18,432 nt of DNA. Source: a virus. Every line of letters starts with the position of its first letter. Within the stretch, counting starts at the first letter, position 1. This document shows, piece after piece, positions 5,433-12,806 of the stretch. The stretch is taken from IMG/VR virus record IMGVR_UViG_3300045988_002400. One strand, 5' to 3'. The notes under the pieces were generated by a model. It was not told the DNA's origin. It made no database searches and was given only the letters and a program-made list of their open reading frames with translations. Made by a program: the position numbers and the translations under genes.

Positions 5433-5774
5433 ATGGACGACACCGAAAATGACGACAAGCCGGACACCACGTCCGACGCCGAACCGGACGCGACCGCCGA
5501 CGACAATACGCCGAACCCGGAGCCTGAAACGCAGGACGATAACGAACCTGAAGACGCGGGCGACGACAAGAACGCCGACATGGCCGACCGGTTGAGCGCA
5601 TTGGAGGCGACTGTGGCGGAATTGTCCAAAACCATTGAGGCGATGCGCGACGCCGCCGCCGACCATGTGCTGAACGATGGCCCCGACGACAATGCGACGC
5701 CGGAATCGGCTGAAATGACCGACGACGACTATAACGGCACCTACAGCACTTTCGACGACCTGTATGAAGACTGA
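5433..5774 (+). CDS. Putative scaffolding protein (113 aa, highly acidic, helical C-half)
   Basis: It lies directly upstream of the major capsid gene, as phi29 gp7 does. It has an Asp/Glu/Pro/Thr-rich N-half and the heptad-like segment MADRLSALEATVAELSKTIEAMRDAAA. An AAGAGG SD lies 5 nt before the ATG at 5433. Confidence 0.6.
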   Translation: MDDTENDDKPDTTSDAEPDATADDNTPNPEPETQDDNEPEDAGDDKNADMADRLSALEATVAELSKTIEAMRDAAADHVLNDGPDDNATPESAEMTDDDYNGTYSTFDDLYED

Positions 5775-5796
5775 CGATTAGGAAGGAACAACTATC

Positions 5797-7527
5797 ATGG
5801 CAACTACTCCCGTGGTGACGCCGAAGCAGCAGCTTCGCCCGCTCACCGAATTTAACAACGCTCAGATTCTGAACATGATTCGCAACGAGGCGTCGCCGGA
5901 ATACCAGCGGCGAATGCCCTCGGCCACTCAGATGAACATGGATAGGCAGATGGCTACACTCATGTCGTCCACCCAGCTCAAGAATGAGTTTTACTCGGCG
6001 CTGGTGAACCGCATCGGCGGCACTTATGTGAACACGTGGCGTTGGAACAATCCTCTCAGCGTTTTCCAGCGTGCATCGCAGGCGTATGGCGATACGTGGC
6101 AGGAAATCGCCGTTGGCATGCCGCTTGCGCAGGTCTATGATCCTGATGCGGAATATCTCGGCGCGGATAACTTCCGCAAATGGAAAATCGACGTGGACTC
6201 GCTCTATCACCGTTTAGACTTCGCCCATTGGTATCCCGCGACCACGGATGACAAGACGCTTCAGCGTGCCTTCACGTCCGAAAACGGTTTGGCCTCGCTC
6301 ACTTCGCAGATTCTCACATCCTGCTATAACGCGGCTGAAGTGGACTTGTTCGAGGCCTTGTGCCACCAATTCGTCGAGTATGCGAAGCTTGGCGGATATT
6401 GGCGTGTCCATATGGATAAGGACCTGAACAACATGGGTAGTTCGGAAACGGACGCGCGTGATATGTTGCGCCAGATTCGCGCATGGGCCGACACGCTTAA
6501 ATTCGTTTCCACCAAGTACAACGCCCGTCACATGCCGACGTTCGCTCGACCGGACGAACTCGTACTGTTCTGTTCTCCGGAAGTCAAGTCGGCGCTTGAC
6601 GTGCAGGGCCTCGCCACGGTATTCCAGCGCACCGACGCCGAACCGACCATCGACCGGATTATCGTCATTCCGCAAGACAGATTCGGCATGAATGGCGTGC
6701 AGGCCATCCTGACGACCGATAAATTCCTGATTGATATTCCGGTCATTAACGAGATGACTCAGCAGACCAATCCGGTCAACATCAATTCGGTTAACCATTA
6801 TCTGCATGTCCAGCACATCATTTCAGTGTCCGGCTTCGCTCCGGCTGTCATGTTCTGGACGGGCGCCGGTTCCACCGCGAACGTGGTGGCCCCTACCGGC
6901 ACGCAGGCTCAGACGCCGACATTCCAGCTTAAGCTTGCCATGTATGGCGGTGGCTCGGAAACTCCGAGCGATGTGGCGCGTGGTGGCGCGGTGCAAGTCA
7001 CTGCCGACACGTCTATCGGCAATGACGGTACCGCCACGTTCCGCTCCAACGCGGTCGAGTATCGTATCGGTGACACCGCCAAGCCGAAGAGCGATTACAC
7101 CTACATTTCGCCCACCGGCGTGCTGGTGGTCGGCCTCGACGAACCGAACACCACCATTCCGATTACCGCAACCGCCTTGTACACGAACCCGGCGACGCCG
7201 GAAGTGCCGGGCACCGTGTCCGCAGCCTTGGACGTGCCAGTGGTCGGTGACGGTGTTATCGGATTCAACCCGTCGATTGTCGCGTCCATTGCCGTGACAG
7301 TCCCGGGCGTGACTGTTGGACATACTGCGCAGGCTACTGCCGTGGCGACAATGATTGACGGACGCACCGCCGACGTGACCGCACAGGCGGCATGGACGTC
7401 CGGCACTCCGGCGAACGCCACCGTGTCCGAGTCCGGCGTGGTGACTGGCGTCAAAGAAGGCAGCTCTGATATCACCGCCACGCTGTTCGGCGTGTCCGGG
7501 AAGAAGAGCGTGACAGTGACCGCGTGA
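5797..7527 (+). CDS. Major capsid protein (phi29 gp8-like) with C-terminal Ig-like Big_2 domain
   Basis: By-eye alignment to phi29 gp8: NEFYSALVNRIGGTYV vs NDFITSLVDRIGLVVI; NPLSVFQRA vs NPLKKFKKG; CYNAAEVDLFEAL vs IYNSAEVDEYEYM. The C-terminus ATVSESGVVTGVKEGSSDITATLFGVSGKKSVTVTA is a typical Big_2 signature. Confidence 0.93.
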   Translation: MATTPVVTPKQQLRPLTEFNNAQILNMIRNEASPEYQRRMPSATQMNMDRQMATLMSSTQLKNEFYSALVNRIGGTYVNTWRWNNPLSVFQRASQAYGDTWQEIAVGMPLAQVYDPDAEYLGADNFRKWKIDVDSLYHRLDFAHWYPATTDDKTLQRAFTSENGLASLTSQILTSCYNAAEVDLFEALCHQFVEYAKLGGYWRVHMDKDLNNMGSSETDARDMLRQIRAWADTLKFVSTKYNARHMPTFARPDELVLFCSPEVKSALDVQGLATVFQRTDAEPTIDRIIVIPQDRFGMNGVQAILTTDKFLIDIPVINEMTQQTNPVNINSVNHYLHVQHIISVSGFAPAVMFWTGAGSTANVVAPTGTQAQTPTFQLKLAMYGGGSETPSDVARGGAVQVTADTSIGNDGTATFRSNAVEYRIGDTAKPKSDYTYISPTGVLVVGLDEPNTTIPITATALYTNPATPEVPGTVSAALDVPVVGDGVIGFNPSIVASIAVTVPGVTVGHTAQATAVATMIDGRTADVTAQAAWTSGTPANATVSESGVVTGVKEGSSDITATLFGVSGKKSVTVTA

Positions 7528-7533
7528 TATAAT
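7525..7533 (+). promoter_or_regulatory. Extended -10 promoter TGaTATAAT whose TGA is the capsid gene stop codon
   Basis: Consensus TGnTATAAT at the capsid/tail junction, with the same TGATATAAT block as at 9967. Confidence 0.5.
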
Positions 7534-7561
7534 GAGAGGGTAGCCGGTTGGCTACTCTCTC
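7534..7561 (+). terminator. Hairpin 1 after the capsid gene (12-bp stem, GGTT loop)
   Basis: gagagggtagcc-ggtt-ggctactctctc with one G-U pair. There is no clear U-tract. Confidence 0.45.
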
Positions 7562-7577
7562 TCACGGTGTGATGCAG

Positions 7578-7622
7578 GACAAGGCCCGGAGCGTAATCCA
7601 CGTGATTGCTCCGGGCCTTGTC
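7578..7622 (+). terminator. Hairpin 2 after the capsid gene (perfect 15-bp stem, extendable by 4 bp)
   Basis: gacaaggcccggagc ... gctccgggccttgtc. The loop can add aatc/gatt pairs. It ends 5 nt before the GGAGG SD of the tail gene and has no U-tract. Confidence 0.5.
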
Positions 7623-7632
7623 ATACCGGAGG

Positions 7633-9969
7633 ATGATGATGATGATTGACGACGTGAACCCTTATGTGGAGTCGAATTTCTCGTGGGCGGAATGGACGCC
7701 AAACACGACACTGAAACTCTGCCGTGTGCCGTGGGATGCTTCATACCGTGATATCGTGCGGTTTGGTTCACGTGAAACACAGCAAGAATGGTTCGACAAA
7801 CTGGACGGCGTGGAATGCCGTCCGGCCACCATGCATATTTTCAACGCGCCCGCCCGCGTCGAACTGCCGTTTAACGAAGCGTCGAACTGGAATTATCTTG
7901 TAGCCTATAACGATTACCCCGAATTGGAGGGGCCACGCGCATGGTATTACTTCATTCAGCGCGTCGAATACGTCAACGCCCATTGCACACAACTCGTTTT
8001 GATGCTGGACGTGTGGCAGAGTTTCCAGCATGACGTCACATTCGGCAGCTGCTATGTGACGCGCGGCCATATCGGCGTCGCCAACGAACGCCAGTGGAAC
8101 GACTACGGGCGCACATATCTGGCGCTTCCTGAAGGTTTGGACACCGGCAGTGAAATGGTCACAACGTCACAGGAATATCAGAGCATCATCGAAGGTCGGC
8201 ATTATGACATAGACGGCGGTGCCGTCGATTGGGTCGATTACGGTCTGATTGTGGTCAGCACCACGAATCTTACCGACGACCCCGGCAGCACTTCCGAACC
8301 AAAGCTTACCACCGCAACCGGGGCCATCTTCGAGCAGGAGACGGACGGCTGTTCCGTCTACTATTGTGAAAATCGAATGGCGTATGTCGCCAACATCATG
8401 GCGCTTGGCACGCTATTCCCTTGGGTGACGCAAGGTATTTGTGCCGTATACATGGTGCCGAAAATTCCACAGGATTACGTGAGTCGATATGGACATAGGG
8501 TTACGGAGATTTACGGACAGCAGGTGTCCGAGGAATATGGCAGCATCTATTCTTTCAATTCCTCCCTCGATTCGGATTTACGCTACGAAGACGTTATGTC
8601 TGTTGCGAACTTTCGTAATAAATTCAACATCCCCGCCCGATACCGGAATCTGCGCAAACTCTACTGTTATCCGTTCTGCCTTATCGAATGCAGCTGCCTG
8701 AACGGTACGGTCATTACTTATCGACCTGAAGATGTCCAATCCGATACGCTCACTATCCGTGAGACCTACACTTACGCACCGTCCGGCGCAAGAATCAATT
8801 TCTACATTCCCGGATACAATGAGGCCGGAGCGAGTACTACGGTTCCGCTGCGCATTGACGGCAAGGATATGGGGCTGCCGATAGACGGCGGCGAAATGCT
8901 CAACGCAAGTTTCGGCATCACCAATCTGCCCCATTTTTCCGTAGTCAACAACGGCGGCGCGCTGGCGATGGCGAACAGCGCGTACACCCGCGCCTACGCG
9001 CAGGAGTCAGCCCAATGGACTAGACAGAAGGCGTTGGCTTCGGCAAACGTGGCCAACTCTAATGCCGCATTGCAGCGCGAATACGCCACGCGGCAAACCA
9101 ACTGGGCAAACGAGAACAGGACGGCAACCAATGCCATCACGGCAAACTCGCTAAACCAGTCTCTTGCCATAGGACAGAATCAAACCAGTCAGATGGCTAA
9201 TCTCCAAGTGGAGCAGAACATCAAGAGCAACAATCTCAATGGTATGGCCGGCATCATTGGCGGGGGACTGAACGCCGTCGCATCCCGCAGCCCGTTAGGC
9301 GCGGTGAACGCGGTTGGCGGCGCGTTCCTCGGCTCCGCGCAGACAGATCTCGCCAATTACGGTATCAATTCGTCGGCTGCTGTCTCCAACTCTACGGCGG
9401 CGGCGAATACGGCGAATCAGATTGCCACCAATGCGGCGGCTACATCGCAGGCCAACGCCTACGCGAGCGGAGCGACCGCACTGGGCAACCAGCTGAACGC
9501 CGTCGTGTCGCAGGCGAATTACGGACTGGCCTCGTATGCGGCTCAAGGCGATTACCAGAACGCCATCGCTGGTATCAACGCTCAGGTGCAGCAGATGCAA
9601 CTGACTCCGCCAACCACTTCGGGAGCGCTTGGTGGTGACATGTTCAACTTAAGCAACGGAATCATGGGCGTGTTGGTGCGGTTCAAGACGTGTGCGCCAA
9701 GCGCACTGAGGGCGGCAGGTGAATACATGCTGCGCTATGGATATTTTGTCCAGCGTTTCGTTACCCCTCCCGCCTCGCTGGAGTGCATGGAGAAATTCAC
9801 GTTCTGGCAGATGCAGGAAGCGTATGTGCGGGGCACGTTGCCCGAGGAATACCGCTTGACCATCAAGGGCATGTTCGAACGTGGCGTGACGGTCTGGAAC
9901 AAGCCCGAATATATCGGCGTGACCGACTGGGCGGACAATGAGCCACTTCCGGGCATTGGTTACGAGTGA
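7633..9969 (+). CDS. Tail knob protein (phi29 gp9-like)
   Basis: By-eye alignment to phi29 gp9: [28 protein letters not shown] vs [65 protein letters not shown] vs [37 protein letters not shown]. Four consecutive ATGs lie at 7633-7644 after GGAGG (7628-7632), and 7639 or 7642 have the best spacing. The 7606 start lies inside hairpin 2. Confidence 0.9.
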   Translation: [778 protein letters not shown]

Positions 9970-9975
9970 TATAAT
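9967..9975 (+). promoter_or_regulatory. Extended -10 promoter TGaTATAAT (TGA is the tail-knob stop) set 6 nt before the connector ATG
   Basis: TATAAT at 9970-9975, spacer ggcaat, ATG at 9982. No SD is present. Confidence 0.55.
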
Positions 9976-9981
9976 GGCAAT

Positions 9982-10935
9982 ATGAGCAGGTCTAAAAAAA
10001 AGAATCGAGTTGGCGGCGCGTTGCACCCGCGCGGCAATTACGCGAAAACACGCGCCGTCACACTTGATGACATGTATCTTCATTTACTGATGGAACTCGC
10101 GCTGAACCGTTTCAGTTGGCGCGGATTGCCGCCCACTGTGGATGAACGTTGGCTGGAAATATGTCTGTGCGAATACGGTTGCGCGTTGTTTTTCGAGGAC
10201 AAGCGTATCGGCAGGTTCCTCGTGACTCAGGCCGGATATCAGGGCAGACTGAACGTGTACAATAATCCGACACGCTTCGAACCGGTAGGCGTCAACTACC
10301 ACTACAGGCAGCTCAAAGCAGGGGCGGAATGCATTCCAATTTGGGATAATCGAATGCGCGTCGGATTCAAACCGACGTTATGGCAGTACGCGCGACGACT
10401 GGCCGATATCGACAAGGCGTATGACGTGAACTTGGAGAGTCTGAAACTACCCACCATCATCACCGCCGACCCCCGCACAAAACTCACCGTACAGAACATG
10501 CTTCAACAACGGCAGGACGGTCAGGATTATATCATCGGATACGATTCGCTTGACCCCGGCAGCATGTTCCAGCCGTGGCCGAACACTACGCCTTACCTGT
10601 TGGACAAGTTCATTCAACAGAAGACGCAGGTGACTAACGAGGTGCTGGGATATCTTGGCATTCAATCTTCCGGCACGGAGAAAAAGGAACGGCTGATATC
10701 CGATGAGGTGGCGCAAGCCAATGAAAAAGTAGACGTTTTCCGATTAAGTTTTCTGAAGGCGCGGCAGACTGCGGCGACCGAGATTAACCGATTGTGGCCG
10801 CAGCTTAATATCTGGGTGGAATACGCGGACGCGCAAAGCTCCGGCGTGCCCAACGCGCTTGATTCGAGCGCAAGCGGTACGACGGATATTGATATGCCCG
10901 CATCATATGACGCGGGTATCGGAGGTGTGTTGTAA
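9982..10935 (+). CDS. Head-tail connector / portal (upper collar, phi29 gp10-like)
   Basis: By-eye alignment to phi29 gp10: FSWRGLPPTVDERWLEICL vs FEWENLPPTINPSFLEKSI; EKKERLISDEV vs EKKERMVTDEV. It has a basic N-terminus and a similar length (317 vs 309 aa). Confidence 0.93.
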   Translation: MSRSKKKNRVGGALHPRGNYAKTRAVTLDDMYLHLLMELALNRFSWRGLPPTVDERWLEICLCEYGCALFFEDKRIGRFLVTQAGYQGRLNVYNNPTRFEPVGVNYHYRQLKAGAECIPIWDNRMRVGFKPTLWQYARRLADIDKAYDVNLESLKLPTIITADPRTKLTVQNMLQQRQDGQDYIIGYDSLDPGSMFQPWPNTTPYLLDKFIQQKTQVTNEVLGYLGIQSSGTEKKERLISDEVAQANEKVDVFRLSFLKARQTAATEINRLWPQLNIWVEYADAQSSGVPNALDSSASGTTDIDMPASYDAGIGGVL

Positions 10936-11723
10936 TGCAGGATTTTAGCGCCTACGCGATGGCGACGCCGGGGGAATACACCGAGACCCTTGGCAATCTT
11001 ATTGCATTCGGATATGATACCGACGATAAGCTGCATCTTAGCGCCGACTATTATCCGATTCACAACGAATCTCACCGTGCGGAATTGAACGAGAAAATCG
11101 TTCGCCATTACGCATTAAGGGAAATCGGACAGGAAACCGCCCAACAGTTCGTTTTCTACCTAGGCATGACAATGGCGGAAATCATGCCATATTTCAATGA
11201 ACGTTACCGGACGCTGGACATGGAATATAATCCGTTGGACTCCATGGACATGACCACGGATAGCGAGAGCGGCAGCGAATCCCAGTCGTCCGGCAAAGCG
11301 TCCAGCACGCAGGATTCGACCAGCTCCAGCACATCCAAGTCGGATAATTCCAGCACCACCACGTCGAAGAGTTTTGATAGTGACGTGCCGCAAACCGGCG
11401 TCGTAGGCGATTTCGCACGCTACGCCTCCCACGCGAACGAATCACAGGCGGACAGCTCCGGCACCGCGTCCAGTTCACAGGATTCAGCCAGCCACACCAC
11501 CGCGCAAAGCGCAACCGACTACCAACACGATTCAAGCAACGCTAAGGGCAAGAGCCATGTGAGCGGGCGTAGTCAGAGCGCCATGAGTCTGATTCAGGAA
11601 TACCGGCAGGCGATCATCAATGTGGATATGGAAATCGTGCGCAGCCTCGAACCGTGTTTCATGCAGGTGTGGGGCACTTATGATACAATTTTCAGCAACC
11701 ACCATAATTATTGTGGAGAATGA
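10935..11723 (+). CDS. Putative lower collar protein (phi29 gp11 position)
   Basis: It directly follows the connector gene with a TAATG overlap and a GGAGGTG SD. The N-terminal YALREIGQETAQQFVFYL block resembles my recollection of lower-collar proteins. It has a long Ser/Thr/Asp-rich centre. Confidence 0.65.
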   Translation: MQDFSAYAMATPGEYTETLGNLIAFGYDTDDKLHLSADYYPIHNESHRAELNEKIVRHYALREIGQETAQQFVFYLGMTMAEIMPYFNERYRTLDMEYNPLDSMDMTTDSESGSESQSSGKASSTQDSTSSSTSKSDNSSTTTSKSFDSDVPQTGVVGDFARYASHANESQADSSGTASSSQDSASHTTAQSATDYQHDSSNAKGKSHVSGRSQSAMSLIQEYRQAIINVDMEIVRSLEPCFMQVWGTYDTIFSNHHNYCGE

Positions 11724-11731
11724 GGGTAATC

Positions 11732-12367
11732 ATGGTTACTATTAACGCTTTGATTCCACGGCAACGCTTATTCGACGGGGTGCCCACATCCATTCCGTTC
11801 ACCTATCGAGATGGGTTGACAACCTTACAGTTAATCGAATGCTTGCGCCACAATCTCGATATCACCCAGCGCGACTTAAGCAAAGTCGAAAAAGCCACAG
11901 CCGACCTAGCGGCATCCGTAGACAAGGCTTTCGCGGATACCATTGCACAGCTCAATCAGGACATGGCCGCATTGCGTGCGGAATTGCTTTCGCTGATTCA
12001 TGATATGGAGCAGCAGGGTGCGGCGACATCGCCGGTCTACGGGATTACACAACCGCTCGGGGACGTGTTGGGCGGCATGTACGACAATTCGCGCATTCAC
12101 GGGCTGTTCTTCGGTGATTATGACAAGATGCAGCTAACCGCGCAGGAATACGACGGGCTTACCCTTGGTGCCCGCGAATACGACTTGAGGGCGACCGCCG
12201 TGGATAATTGTGTTCCCGGCGACTTTCCGGGCCGCTCACAATTCCCCTACGGCAAGAGCATGCCCGAGAATCCACCCGCCGACATGTCGTTCATCACGCA
12301 ATCAGAAGCCGATGCGCGATATGTCGAACGCAATCCAACCGCCAACAATTTTGACAGTAAGGAGTAA
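11732..12367 (+). CDS. Putative tail appendage / fibre-associated structural protein (coiled-coil)
   Basis: It sits between the collar and fibre genes. It contains the heptad-like segment DLSKVEKATADLAASVDKAFADTIAQLNQDMAALRAELLSL. ATG at 11732 follows GAGGG. Confidence 0.45.
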   Translation: MVTINALIPRQRLFDGVPTSIPFTYRDGLTTLQLIECLRHNLDITQRDLSKVEKATADLAASVDKAFADTIAQLNQDMAALRAELLSLIHDMEQQGAATSPVYGITQPLGDVLGGMYDNSRIHGLFFGDYDKMQLTAQEYDGLTLGAREYDLRATAVDNCVPGDFPGRSQFPYGKSMPENPPADMSFITQSEADARYVERNPTANNFDSKE

Positions 12368-12370
12368 ACA

Positions 12371-12790
12371 ATGACCGCAACTAACCATACCGAAAACTAT
12401 AATCTTTCTCAGTTTGTCGGCACCGACCGCCCCACATGGCTCGTTGATTATAACGGCGACATGTCGAAAATCGACGCGCAGATGAAGCAAAACGCGGACG
12501 ATATCGCATCTGCCGCTGCGGGCGGGCTTACGTCGGTGTCGCACACCGCCGACCTCACCGGTAACGGTACGTCCGGTTCACCGCTGGGCGTGGCGAGCAC
12601 CATCGCCAAGAAAACCGATATCCCGGACGTGAGCGGATTCGCCACCACCTCCGCCCTCACCTCGGGGCTTAATGGTAAGGTCGATAAAACCGCTTCGCAG
12701 CCCGGAACGCTCGGATTGACGGCGACCGAACTTGATTCGATGTACAAGGATGCGAACGGCATCGTTCGCGTTGGTGGCGCTGAAGCCTGA
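12371..12790 (+). CDS. Short tail-fibre-like protein (139 aa) sharing its N-terminal adaptor with the next gene
   Basis: An AAGGAG SD precedes it. The N-terminus HTENYNLSQFVGTDRPTWLVDYNGDMSKIDAQM parallels HTGHYNLPTFGDNPNDRPSWRGDFTDAMTKIDNQM of the 12807 gene. The remainder is Thr/Ser/Gly-rich and fibre-like. Confidence 0.55.
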   Translation: MTATNHTENYNLSQFVGTDRPTWLVDYNGDMSKIDAQMKQNADDIASAAAGGLTSVSHTADLTGNGTSGSPLGVASTIAKKTDIPDVSGFATTSALTSGLNGKVDKTASQPGTLGLTATELDSMYKDANGIVRVGGAEA

Positions 12791-12806
12791 AAAGAGGAGT
12801 ATAACA

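Noticed and set aside
5431-7601. Long antisense or alternative-frame ORFs across the scaffold and capsid genes (5431-6210 -, 6214-6816 -, 6806-7297 +, 6823-7323 -, 7101-7601 -).
   Set aside because: They overlap genes with clear phi29 homology on the + strand. They are Arg/Gly/Pro/Ser-rich, as expected from reading GC-rich coding DNA out of frame, and have no SD or promoter context.
7606-7632. The start codon at 7606 given by the ORF track for the tail knob gene.
   Set aside because: It lies inside the 3' arm of a perfect 15-bp hairpin and has no SD. GGAGG at 7628-7632 precedes the ATG cluster at 7633-7644.
7633-7644. (ATG)4 run as a microsatellite or phase-variable tract.
   Set aside because: It is only four units, in frame, at a translation start. 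It is most simply several alternative Met start codons behind one SD.
11681-11689. TGaTACAAT near the end of the lower collar gene as a promoter for the 11732 gene.
   Set aside because: It is an imperfect hexamer within coding sequence. The downstream gene already has an SD and is probably co-transcribed.
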